Notes under the pieces: model-generated | Told to the model about the DNA's origin: nothing | Database searches by the model: none | Seen by the model: the letters and a program-made list of their open reading frames with translations, nothing else | Translations under genes and position numbers: made by a program | Shown: piece after piece, positions 49,236 to 58,090 of the stretch | How positions within the stretch are numbered: the first letter of the stretch is position 1 | Layout of the letters: every line of letters starts with the position of its first letter | Source: a bacterium | GTDB lineage: Bacteria; Patescibacteriota; Microgenomatia; UBA12405 | NCBI GenBank assembly: GCA_021817905.1 | Contig: JAKAFM010000001.1 | Coordinates: 3,985 to 67,984, forward strand | DNA: 64,000 nucleotides | Reading direction: 5' to 3'

Positions 49236-50510
49236 TCAATGACTCCAACGAAATCTTCTGGATGAGGTGTACCATGCACTACCACTTCCCGACCTAGCCC
49301 CGACTCTATTAAATTCCTCAATTCTTCTAAAGACACTCGGAAAACGCGCTTCTCTATTCCAATCGGGGTCAACTTTATTAACCATTTCCGGATTATTCAA
49401 ATAGAAAGTAATAAGTTCTGCCATTATCGCTAGACCTTCTTTACATACGTCATAAACATCTTTATACATTGGTCCGTTTTCCTGAGTACTAAGTGCTCTA
49501 AGAATAAAACCACGCGATTGACGATAATACTCTTCTAATTGAGAAGGAGAAACTAAATCGTTTCTTTTAACATTTTTGGGAAGATTTGAAAGCAAATCTA
49601 AAGCATAAAAAACAAAAGCTGGAAGGAGTCTCATATCAGAAATAATTTCACCATTATGCCTAACCCCCTTCATCTCTTGTGCTTCAAAAGATGATAGGTG
49701 TCTCATGGGATATTTAGTATTTCTATTATCGACCTCAAGCAAAAAGTGCCCAATATTTTCCAAATAAAAATCAACAGTATCGGCATTTAAAAACCCCAGT
49801 TCTAACAGTTTCTCTACAAAATAAGTATCTGCTGCCATACTAAATATTCGTTTCATGTCAGCCCATCCCATATATTTTTCAATCTGAGCTATTTCTTTTG
49901 GTAATCCATGGTCGTTAGTTTCACGCAAAACGTTTTCGGGCAATGCCATACATATTAACAACGGGGCCAACATAAAAGCAGTTTCCGAAGTATAGGGTGG
50001 TGCTGATAAATTAATTCTCTGTACCCCTGCCTGTAATAACTCACTCATTCGTTCTTCCGCATAAATATCGTCAAGCATTTTTCTATTATTCTCAATTATT
50101 ACCTTGTTACCATATTTATGTCCAAAATTTTCATTTATAGCTTCAAACAGTTCATCAAAAGTCACTTGACCTTTCATTTCCGCCAAAGTCGACAAGGTAA
50201 TCTTAACAAAATCAAGTGGTACCAATCTCGGCTCAACTAACCCATAAATAGACTTATCTTCTTGATATAACTCCCAACGATGATCACGATACCACGTTTC
50301 GCCATGTTCGCTAATACAATGTTCCTCATATTCTTTCATACATGCTTTAATCTGCCTATCAAATCCTCCTAGTCCAGAATAAGTACTGTCTGTACCAAAA
50401 ACCCAACCTGCTTGATTAAGTGTAATAACTGGCACCAACTGAACAGGTGGCAAATTACTCCGTATCGCCCTCCTGAATCCATCATAACCTTGAGATGTTT
50501 CAATTTTCAT
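49236..50510 (-). CDS. Hypothetical 424-aa protein bracketed by the two attenuator-like elements
   Basis: Long ORF of unrecognised family. An alternative frame near the 3' end (49163-49372) looks protein-like, suggesting a possible frameshift or degraded C-terminus. Confidence 0.5.
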   Translation of the reverse strand: MKIETSQGYDGFRRAIRSNLPPVQLVPVITLNQAGWVFGTDSTYSGLGGFDRQIKACMKEYEEHCISEHGETWYRDHRWELYQEDKSIYGLVEPRLVPLDFVKITLSTLAEMKGQVTFDELFEAINENFGHKYGNKVIIENNRKMLDDIYAEERMSELLQAGVQRINLSAPPYTSETAFMLAPLLICMALPENVLRETNDHGLPKEIAQIEKYMGWADMKRIFSMAADTYFVEKLLELGFLNADTVDFYLENIGHFLLEVDNRNTKYPMRHLSSFEAQEMKGVRHNGEIISDMRLLPAFVFYALDLLSNLPKNVKRNDLVSPSQLEEYYRQSRGFILRALSTQENGPMYKDVYDVCKEGLAIMAELITFYLNNPEMVNKVDPDWNREARFPSVFRRIEEFNRVGARSGSGSAWYTSSRRFRWSH

Positions 50511-50669
50511 TTGTAATCTAAGTTACTATAGGCTATAATTATACCATTATGCTCAAAACTAATCTTTTTATCCATCATACCCATACCGTGGTCACCACCC
50601 GCGGGGTAGTGGTCTGACCCTAAATTTTGAGTAGTCTTTTTAATCCCCGCACCCGCGGGGATTTTTGTG
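50511..50669 (+). promoter_or_regulatory. Putative histidine leader-peptide transcription attenuator (copy B) upstream of the ORF73-dapF-like-hisS-rpmE-prfA' operon
   Basis: -35 TTGTAA (50511-16), 17-nt spacer, -10 TATAAT (50534-39). Mini-ORF 50549-50617 = MLKTNLFIHHTHTVVTTRGVVV. 1:2 hairpin GGTCACCAC/GTGGTCTGACC. The 11-mer CACCCGCGGGG (50596-50606) is repeated exactly in the terminator (50650-50660) and so can form an antiterminator with the terminator 5' arm. Terminator AATCCCCGC-ACCC-GCGGGGATT followed by a U-tract (50642-50669). Confidence 0.55.
50549..50617 (+). CDS. 22-aa His-rich leader peptide MLKTNLFIHHTHTVVTTRGVVV (attenuator copy B)
   Basis: Three His codons in four positions (CAT CAT ACC CAT), placed just upstream of region 1 of the alternative hairpins. 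Confidence 0.45.
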   Translation: MLKTNLFIHHTHTVVTTRGVVV

Positions 50670-50787
50670 TCTCTTTAGGTCGAAATTTAAACGTAGTGAA
50701 AAATTTTGCCTAAAGATACCATCCGTGAGCGCCAGCAAAGCGGATATCTCAGACGGGTAGATCCCCTCCTTATTATTTTTTAAAACT

Positions 50788-51009
50788 ATGACCGAAATTC
50801 AAAAAAATAGTCAATTAACCTGGGACGTTTCTGAAGAAGAAGCTAACCGTATAAATTTACCTGCAAATGATTGCCGGCGATTTAATGGCGGACAAATCGC
50901 CACTCCAGAGCAACAAGCTGCCTGGAAAGTTCGACCGAGAACAACATTAGTATCCATTGCAAAAAACCAATTAATAGTCATTAATCGACTCAGGGAGGAA
51001 CTACTATGA
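50788..51009 (+). CDS. Hypothetical 73-aa protein, first gene of the hisS operon
   Basis: Its stop overlaps the next gene's start (ATGA). No recognisable motif. Confidence 0.4.
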   Translation: MTEIQKNSQLTWDVSEEEANRINLPANDCRRFNGGQIATPEQQAAWKVRPRTTLVSIAKNQLIVINRLREELL

Positions 51010-51716
51010 ACATAAAGTATCAACTCATTTCCCCCTCTGGGAATCTTACCGCCATAATTAATGGTCAGTATTCAGCCTCAGAAAAAAGTCGTATTAATCA
51101 AAAAATATTCGCCACCAATAAACTGGTCGAACAAATTGGTTACATCTTTCAAAAAGATTCGAAAAATTATTTTGAAATGATGGGTAATGAATTTTCCGGC
51201 AATGGTTGTCGCGCCGCAACATTGGCATTTCTCAATAATAATCCGGGAAAAATTTCATTTTTTACCTCTGGTATCAATAAAATAATAATCGGAAAGATAG
51301 ACAATGGTAATGCAACAGTCGCTATTCCTTCTCAAAAAGTGAACTTTATCAAAATAAGCAATACTATTTATTCAACAGTAATTTTCAATACCTTAATGAT
51401 CATTTCTGCAGATAATATCAACGATAAATCGAAAATTATCAAAAGATATTCTGATAAATACAATGCTATCGGATTTATGAGTTATCAAAAACAAGATAAC
51501 CAAATAAAGCTCAATCCCTGGTTTTGGGTCAAAGAAACCAATAGTCTCATTAATGAAACAGCCTGCGGCAGTGGCTCGATAGTTGTTGCCAAACTATTAG
51601 CTAAATCAACTATTTTCCAACCTTCAGGTCAGGCCCTCAAAATTAGGTTTAATAAACAAACAATCAATCTCAGTGGACCCATAAAATTGCTTACTGCTTA
51701 TAATGTTAAAATCTAA
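51006..51716 (+). CDS. DapF/PhzF-fold (diaminopimelate-epimerase-like) protein, non-canonical
   Basis: EFSGNGCRAATLAF resembles the DapF box xCGNGxRC, with Ser in place of the first catalytic Cys. ETACGSGSIVVA matches the second-Cys box TxACGTGA. 236 aa. Confidence 0.45.
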   Translation: MNIKYQLISPSGNLTAIINGQYSASEKSRINQKIFATNKLVEQIGYIFQKDSKNYFEMMGNEFSGNGCRAATLAFLNNNPGKISFFTSGINKIIIGKIDNGNATVAIPSQKVNFIKISNTIYSTVIFNTLMIISADNINDKSKIIKRYSDKYNAIGFMSYQKQDNQIKLNPWFWVKETNSLINETACGSGSIVVAKLLAKSTIFQPSGQALKIRFNKQTINLSGPIKLLTAYNVKI

Positions 51717-51718
51717 CT

Positions 51719-52963
51719 ATGAATCAATCAAAACCACAAACTCTCAAAGGTTTTCGTGACTTTTTACCCGACGATATGCGGGTACGCAACTACGTCAAAA
51801 AAATCTGTATCGAAGCCTTTGAACAGTTCGGTTTCGAACCTCTCGAAACCCCAACGCTTGAATATGCTTCTACCTTGATGGGTAAATATGGGAAGGAAGC
51901 CGATAAATTAGTCTATAAATTCAAAGATAATGGCGATCGTGATGTTGGCCTCCGCTATGACTTGACCGTCCCCACCGCCAAAGTTTTAAGCATCTACCAA
52001 CAACAGCTTCCCCTTCCTTTTAAGCGCTATCAAATTCAATCGGTTTGGCGTGCCGACAAACCTCAAAAAGGCCGCTATCGGGAATTCACCCAATGCGACA
52101 TCGACACTTTTGGTCCCCCCTCCCCTTTAAACGATGCCGAAATGGTCGCGGTTATCTATACTATTTTACAAAAATTAAATTTCAAAAAGTACCAAATTAA
52201 AATAAACAGTCGTCAAGTCCTTTTTGAAATAATTACCCGCTCAGGCCTTGAAGAACAAAAATTTACAGTCCTCCAGTCAGTCGATAAATTAAGCAAAATC
52301 GGATATGATGGAGTACAAAAAGAACTCATTTCCAAGGATATTAGCCAGGAACAGATAGAGTTACTGTTTAAATACGTCAAAGAGGCTCAACCAGACGATT
52401 ATCTAAAATCAGTCTTTTCTAAGCTGTCGGAATTTGGTGTCCCTCAAAGTGCCTATAGTTTTGACCCTACCATAGTCCGAGGACTTGACTACTACACCGG
52501 CCCAATTTTTGAAACCTATGTTGAAGAGCCCAAGATCGGATCAATTACCGGTGGTGGTCGCTATGATAATCTAGTCTCCAGCCTTGGCGGCCCCAATATT
52601 TCCGCCGTTGGCACTACGCTTGGCTTTGACCGTATTGTAGACTGTATTATCGAGCTCAAATTGCTCCCTCAACTACAAACCTCTACCACCAAAGTCATGG
52701 TTGCCAATTTTGGCCTCGACACTGAGAAAGAAGCGATAGGTCTAGCCACCACACTTCGTGCCAACAAAATCGCCACCATGCTCTACCCTACCTTTGACAA
52801 ATTAGGCAAACAATTTGCCTATGCCGACGCCAAAAAAATTCCCTTTGTCGCTGCTATTGGAAGTGATGAAGCAAAAGCCGGAAAAATTATGCTCAAAAAC
52901 ATGGCTAAAAAAGAGCAAACTTTAGTTAGTCAAGAAGACTTATTATCAATTCTTATGATATAA
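51719..52963 (+). CDS. hisS: Histidine--tRNA ligase
   Basis: N-terminal KGFRDFLPDDMRVRN signature of HisRS. Class II motifs. C-terminal anticodon-binding domain. 414 aa. Confidence 0.95.
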   Translation: MNQSKPQTLKGFRDFLPDDMRVRNYVKKICIEAFEQFGFEPLETPTLEYASTLMGKYGKEADKLVYKFKDNGDRDVGLRYDLTVPTAKVLSIYQQQLPLPFKRYQIQSVWRADKPQKGRYREFTQCDIDTFGPPSPLNDAEMVAVIYTILQKLNFKKYQIKINSRQVLFEIITRSGLEEQKFTVLQSVDKLSKIGYDGVQKELISKDISQEQIELLFKYVKEAQPDDYLKSVFSKLSEFGVPQSAYSFDPTIVRGLDYYTGPIFETYVEEPKIGSITGGGRYDNLVSSLGGPNISAVGTTLGFDRIVDCIIELKLLPQLQTSTTKVMVANFGLDTEKEAIGLATTLRANKIATMLYPTFDKLGKQFAYADAKKIPFVAAIGSDEAKAGKIMLKNMAKKEQTLVSQEDLLSILMI

Positions 52964-52971
52964 TAAAGCCC

Positions 52972-53238
52972 ATGAAAGCCTCAATCCATCCAAAATATAA
53001 CGATCAATGCCAGGTTAGCTGTGCCTGCGGCAATAAATTCGTCACCGGCTCTACGCTTGACAAAATCGAAGTCGAAGTTTGTTCTCATTGCCACCCTTTC
53101 TTCACCGGTCAGCAAAAATTCGTGGATATTAAAGGTAAAATTGATAAATTTAAAGAAAAAGTTGCCAAAGGTAAAGCTCATGCTATTGTGGCTGCTGATC
53201 GCCAAGCCAAGAAGGCTGCCGCTAAAAAAGAAAATTAG
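52972..53238 (+). CDS. rpmE: 50S ribosomal protein L31
   Basis: MKASIHPKY... with a CxxC...CxxC zinc ribbon (CACGNKF...CSHCHPFFTG). Confidence 0.9.
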   Translation: MKASIHPKYNDQCQVSCACGNKFVTGSTLDKIEVEVCSHCHPFFTGQQKFVDIKGKIDKFKEKVAKGKAHAIVAADRQAKKAAAKKEN

Positions 53239-53301
53239 ATAAATTTGCAGCATACGACTATCATTAGAAATTTGAAATTAGAAATTTTGAATTATTGAGG
53301 T

Positions 53302-54036
53302 ATGCCCACTACCAATTCAGACATTGCCATACTTGAATTCCGTCCAGGACCAGGAGGAGAAGAAGCCAGTATCTGGTTAAACGACCTTATGAACATGTAT
53401 GTCCGTTATGCCAACAAGGTTGGATGGAAGGTTAACCAGCTCGACGCCAATGTCGTTCAAATTAAAGGCTTTGACGCCTATAATCAACTTAAATTCGAGA
53501 CCGGTACTCACCGCGTCCAACGAATTCCGGTCACCGAAAAACATGGCCGGATACACACCTCCACTGCCGCTGTAGTTGTTCTCCCCCAAGTCAGTTCTAA
53601 TGACATAAAAATAAATCCCGATGACCTAGAAATTAGTGCTACTCGCGCTGGAGGCCACGGCGGTCAAAACGTTAACAAAGTCTCCACTGCTATCCACCTT
53701 CTTCACAAACCTACCAATATTGTTATCGATGTTCGCCAGGAACGGTCCCAGCAACAAAACCGGGAAATTGCCATGGATATATTGCGCTCAAAATTATGGG
53801 AAATTGAAGATGAAAAACGAGGGAGTCTCTTAAGCGGAGCCAGAGCGATTATTGGCCAAGCTAAACGCGCCGACAAAATTCGTACCTATAACTATGCCCG
53901 CAATCAAGTCAAAGACCACCGCTTGGAATCAATGAGTTTCAACAATCTCGACCGTATCATGCAAGGCGACCTTGACGACCTGCTTCTCAACCTCTCAATT
54001 CTCGAAGAAACCAATAATAATGTTATTAAACAATAG
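53302..54036 (+). CDS. prfA: Class I peptide chain release factor, RF1-like (PxT type) but lacking N-terminal domain 1
   Basis: PVT tripeptide in the context RVQRIPVTEKHGRIHTSTAAVVVLP, which is RF1-like. GGQ motif RAGGHGGQNVNKV. Only 244 aa: the alignment to RF1 begins near RF1 residue ~110 at FRPGPGGEEA. The upstream space is occupied by rpmE. Confidence 0.75.
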   Translation: MPTTNSDIAILEFRPGPGGEEASIWLNDLMNMYVRYANKVGWKVNQLDANVVQIKGFDAYNQLKFETGTHRVQRIPVTEKHGRIHTSTAAVVVLPQVSSNDIKINPDDLEISATRAGGHGGQNVNKVSTAIHLLHKPTNIVIDVRQERSQQQNREIAMDILRSKLWEIEDEKRGSLLSGARAIIGQAKRADKIRTYNYARNQVKDHRLESMSFNNLDRIMQGDLDDLLLNLSILEETNNNVIKQ

Positions 54037-54044
54037 TAGTCGGA

Positions 54045-54392
54045 CTATCTTCTCTCACGCTTAAGTTTAAAAGAAACATTTTCTCCAGCTACATATACTT
54101 CTGTACCTATCTTCTTTAAGACAATTTCAGTTCTTCCAGTGGGCATTACCTCAATCGAAGCAATTCCATTTCTGACTTCTGCTTGCACCTTACCTGATCC
54201 AGAATTAAAATTTAACACCTCAACTTCATAGGTACGAAATGCACTGTTAATAATTGCTCCACCTTCTCTTTCAGTTGAAGACCTTCTTTCATCAAACATA
54301 AAACTACCATCCCACCTTCTTTTCCACCCCTTAAGAACATTTAGTTCATTTGCTAAATTCGGACTCGGCATACTTATTCTCATTGGTGTCAT
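54045..54392 (-). CDS. Hypothetical protein
   Basis: 115 aa with no motif. Confidence 0.4.
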   Translation of the reverse strand: MTPMRISMPSPNLANELNVLKGWKRRWDGSFMFDERRSSTEREGGAIINSAFRTYEVEVLNFNSGSGKVQAEVRNGIASIEVMPTGRTEIVLKKIGTEVYVAGENVSFKLKRERR

Positions 54393-54433
54393 AATTAGTT
54401 AAACCTATAATTACCAGATTATAACATCAACTT

Positions 54434-54868
54434 TTACCATCCTCTTCTTGACCTTCTTCTCCCAGATAGTTCTCTTAATTCTTCCTGCTCTTTCTTCGTT
54501 GCTTTTTGATGCGTAATACGTACTTCTAATTCAGGGATAGCAATCCCCTTATCCCTTCCGTTCATATTAACCGAAGCTGTAACGATTCCATACTCATCCA
54601 ACGTAGGTTCAATATGCTTTCTTGTCAGTAACCCACGAATAGACCATCGTCGACTTTCAAATCTAATAGCTTTGGTATCTGCAAAAACCTTCGTCTTGTC
54701 TACCGACGATGTGATTTGAGAAACCGGACTCTCCTTATCTCCAACATAAAACGAACCACTCCCCACCGATCCATCCTCTCGAACCCGAACTTGCCCGCTG
54801 CCTGGTACTGGCTTAAGTTTAGCTATAAACGTATCCCTACCAGATCCCTCAACTCTAAATGCTGTCAT
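54434..54868 (-). CDS. Hypothetical protein
   Basis: 144 aa with no motif. A weak GSG(Q/K)V similarity to the neighbouring 115-aa ORF. Confidence 0.4.
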   Translation of the reverse strand: MTAFRVEGSGRDTFIAKLKPVPGSGQVRVREDGSVGSGSFYVGDKESPVSQITSSVDKTKVFADTKAIRFESRRWSIRGLLTRKHIEPTLDEYGIVTASVNMNGRDKGIAIPELEVRITHQKATKKEQEELRELSGRRRSRRGW

Positions 54869-54888
54869 AACCTATATTGTATCAATAA

Positions 54889-56079
54889 CTAGCGCTTTTT
54901 ATCCAGTTTTACCGTTACAGTTATGGTACTAGTATCACGGTAAATTTTTAATACCATCGTCTCCCCCAGCTTCTTTTTATTAACCAAATCAGCCAAACTA
55001 GTGGTATCGTCAAGTTTCTTACCATCAGCCTCGGTAATGATATCGTTTTGCTTTATTCCCGCAGCCTCAGCCGCGCTTCCAGCCACAACATCTTGAACCA
55101 AGGCTCCTTGAGGCACCGAGTTAAGTAAGGCTGACTGCTTGGTGATCATTTGGTACGATACCCCCAAAAAGGGTCGCTCAAAACCACCGGTAGTCTTAAA
55201 ATTTGCAATTGAATCCTTGACCATATTAATCGGCAGTGCAAAGCCAATATTTTGGGCACTTTGTGAAACTGCTACATTTACACCGACTACTTGACCAGAT
55301 GAATTTAATAACGGTCCACCTGAGTTACCGGGATTAATCGCCGCGCTCGTCTGGATGACATTTGACAACTGCTCTGAACCCTCAAAAGGTGACCCGGCTT
55401 CTATCCCCCGTCCCAACCCTGAAATTACCCCCGTTGTCACTGTTGATCGAAATTCTCCCAAAGCCGTCCCAATAGCTATCGCCGTTTGACCAACTTTAAT
55501 TTTATCCGAATCACCTAAGGGTAATGGCGTCAAGCCGTTCTTATTTACTTTCAAAATTGCCAAATCATTAACCGGATCACGATAAATATTAACCACATCC
55601 AAGACAGTATTATCATACGTTACCACTTTGTATTTAGCCGTCGTATCGGCCACTACATGTTTATTAGTTACAATCAATCCGTCAGCACTAATCACAAATC
55701 CGGTTCCAATGTCTTGTGGTTTACTTGGCGCCGGCGTCGTATCAGGCATCATTTGCCGTGGAAATCCAAACATATTTCCAAAAAAATCAAAATTTCCTCC
55801 GCCAAAGATATCCTGTGGCGAAGTCGCAACCTTACTAATTGAAATGGTTACTACACTTGGTGTCGAGTCGGAAACAACCTTCGTCACCACTGATTCCTGA
55901 TCAACTATTTTCTCTTTCACCCCGCTTCCAACACTTGTTATCGACTTAGGCAACAAGGTGTCCAAAAAACCCATACTCTTAATCCGTTCTGCGCCAGCAC
56001 CCGTCACAAATGACAGTGCTACTACCAACCCAAACCCCAGTCCTACCAAAAAAGTTCGCATTGTTTTATTTTCATCCAT
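54889..56079 (-). CDS. htrA: HtrA/DegP-family serine protease with C-terminal PDZ domain
   Basis: N-terminal TM, trypsin-like domain with GNSGGPLLN catalytic-Ser box, and a PDZ domain. Confidence 0.9.
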   Translation of the reverse strand: MDENKTMRTFLVGLGFGLVVALSFVTGAGAERIKSMGFLDTLLPKSITSVGSGVKEKIVDQESVVTKVVSDSTPSVVTISISKVATSPQDIFGGGNFDFFGNMFGFPRQMMPDTTPAPSKPQDIGTGFVISADGLIVTNKHVVADTTAKYKVVTYDNTVLDVVNIYRDPVNDLAILKVNKNGLTPLPLGDSDKIKVGQTAIAIGTALGEFRSTVTTGVISGLGRGIEAGSPFEGSEQLSNVIQTSAAINPGNSGGPLLNSSGQVVGVNVAVSQSAQNIGFALPINMVKDSIANFKTTGGFERPFLGVSYQMITKQSALLNSVPQGALVQDVVAGSAAEAAGIKQNDIITEADGKKLDDTTSLADLVNKKKLGETMVLKIYRDTSTITVTVKLDKKR

Positions 56080-56101
56080 GAAAACCTCCTGTTTTTAACA
56101 T

Positions 56102-57313
56102 TTATTTTTGTTGTAACAAGGTTTGATAAACCTTAGCATATTGATCCTCACGTGTTGGGTCCGCTCCCCATGTAATCGGAATATCCGGTTCTACTCCCAC
56201 TCCGTGAATATTTTTACCACTCGGTAACAACCATCGGGCAATAGTCACATGCAATCCTGAACCATCCGGTAAATCTTCCGGCTGCTGAACTGTCCCTTTA
56301 CCAAAACTTTTCTCCCCCAACAACTTCGCCCGGTTATGATCATGCAATGCCCCCGCCAAAATTTCCGATGCTGAAGCTGAACCACCATTAAGCAAAACTA
56401 CCACCGGTACATTGATTAACTGTCGACGACTCGGATCAACTGAATAGGTTATCACTGACTTATCGCCAGATTCCTGTTTAACTACTACCCCACTATCTAA
56501 GAAATCCGAGGCCACCATCACTGCCGAATCCAAAAATCCACCGGGGTTATTTCGCAAATCTAATACCACGCCTCCAAAATTTCCGCCAGCTTCCATATTC
56601 TTTATTTTTGTCACCGTATCAGGCCAATCTTTATATAATTGTTCTGAAAATTTATTAAGTTGCACCCAGGCAATTGATTTTCCTTGATAGTTTTTAGCTG
56701 TAAAAACAATACTTGGAACAACAATAGTATCTCGCTTCAAAGTTACATCATAAGCATCTGCCCGTCCTTCACGATACATCTTTAAAACGACATCGCTTCC
56801 CACTTTCCCTCTTATTAACGTTACCGCGTCAGCCAAACTTATACCCGAAGTATCTTTATTAACATTGTTGGCCGCATCGGTAATTTTTAAAATCAAATCC
56901 CCTGCTTTAATTCCCGCTCGCTCGGCAGGAGTGCCGGTTAAAGTTGTCATTACTGCCAAAGTCTTATCTTTATATCCCAACGATATCCCTACGCCACCAA
57001 ATTCACCAGCTAAATCATCCTTTGAACTTTTATTATCGACTGGAGGCAGAAAAAAAGTATAAGGGTCCCCGAGTGACGCCACCATTCCCTGAATCGCACC
57101 GTAGGTTAAACTTTTCTCATTTTTTAATTTATCCTTTTCCAAAAAATTCTTTTGTAATTCTGCTTTTACCCGAGCCATTAAAGTCGTGTCAATGGGGCCA
57201 GCACTAGGCTGCAACGTCACCGTCTGTCCACTACCTATCCGGTACGAGACAAGCGAAGTTATCCCTACTAAAGCCAAAATTAGAAATATATTGCGAACCT
57301 TTCGTAATGTCAT
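56102..57313 (-). CDS. ctpA: S41 carboxyl-terminal processing protease with PDZ domain
   Basis: PDZ followed by the S41 catalytic region LLNGGSASASEILAGAL ... K. Confidence 0.85.
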   Translation of the reverse strand: MTLRKVRNIFLILALVGITSLVSYRIGSGQTVTLQPSAGPIDTTLMARVKAELQKNFLEKDKLKNEKSLTYGAIQGMVASLGDPYTFFLPPVDNKSSKDDLAGEFGGVGISLGYKDKTLAVMTTLTGTPAERAGIKAGDLILKITDAANNVNKDTSGISLADAVTLIRGKVGSDVVLKMYREGRADAYDVTLKRDTIVVPSIVFTAKNYQGKSIAWVQLNKFSEQLYKDWPDTVTKIKNMEAGGNFGGVVLDLRNNPGGFLDSAVMVASDFLDSGVVVKQESGDKSVITYSVDPSRRQLINVPVVVLLNGGSASASEILAGALHDHNRAKLLGEKSFGKGTVQQPEDLPDGSGLHVTIARWLLPSGKNIHGVGVEPDIPITWGADPTREDQYAKVYQTLLQQK

Positions 57314-57319
57314 ATCTTT

Positions 57320-58069
57320 CTATTGTACAACAACCATTAATCGACAAGCTTTTATATTAAGCAGCAGTCGATAGGTTGTCTGAGGCTTTATTGTATGCTC
57401 TAATTCCTGAAAAGCAGCTGAAGATAAAAACGCCATCGGTAACAGCCCCTCAAGATTAAGATTCATGTCGTTTCCCACAACCACTATCCCTTTCACTCCC
57501 ACTGCCGCCGCCTTTGCCACCATCGCCCTATCAATTCGCGAACAAAACACTAATTGTCCCTCCTGTGAAAAATGTAAATCATTAATTCGTTGTAATAACC
57601 TAAAATCTCCATTGCCCCATACCTTAGCCATCCCTGTTCCACTAATCGGAAACTCCCAAGCTTGAAAATGCAACCGCATTGTTCCAGGTTTTAGTTCCCC
57701 TACTCGTGCCGATACTGGCGAATAAAGCGTACGTTCACGAAACACTCCTGTTCTAATCTGAACCCTCATAAACTCGTCCAATCCTGTTACCACCCCCTGT
57801 TCGGGAATAGTTACTTTTTTACCAAAAAGGTGATGTAATAATTCCGGTTTCCCTTCTAACTGCTCTCGTAAAATCTGTTTCTTTGGTTCGGTCCACCCAT
57901 AAACCAGATGAGAAATATCGATCAGTGCCAAATCTTCCTCTTTAATTTCCACTATCCTCTGACCTTGAGTAACCATTTCCCCCGAAGTTACCAAAACTTC
58001 CGACCCGTTAACAGGATACGAAACGATCCAGGCAATCGGGTGAGACGCTAATGTTGCAAAAGCTGGCAT
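57320..58069 (-). CDS. Hypothetical protein
   Basis: 249 aa with no recognisable motif. Confidence 0.45.
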   Translation of the reverse strand: MPAFATLASHPIAWIVSYPVNGSEVLVTSGEMVTQGQRIVEIKEEDLALIDISHLVYGWTEPKKQILREQLEGKPELLHHLFGKKVTIPEQGVVTGLDEFMRVQIRTGVFRERTLYSPVSARVGELKPGTMRLHFQAWEFPISGTGMAKVWGNGDFRLLQRINDLHFSQEGQLVFCSRIDRAMVAKAAAVGVKGIVVVGNDMNLNLEGLLPMAFLSSAAFQELEHTIKPQTTYRLLLNIKACRLMVVVQ

Positions 58070-58090
58070 CTAACTATTATAAAACCTTTC

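Noticed and set aside
49163-49372. 69-aa ORF on the minus strand overlapping tRNA-His
   Set aside because: It overlaps a confidently folded tRNA and the 3' end of the 424-aa gene. It is more likely an alternative-frame remnant or frameshift artefact than an independent gene, and this is noted under the 424-aa gene finding.
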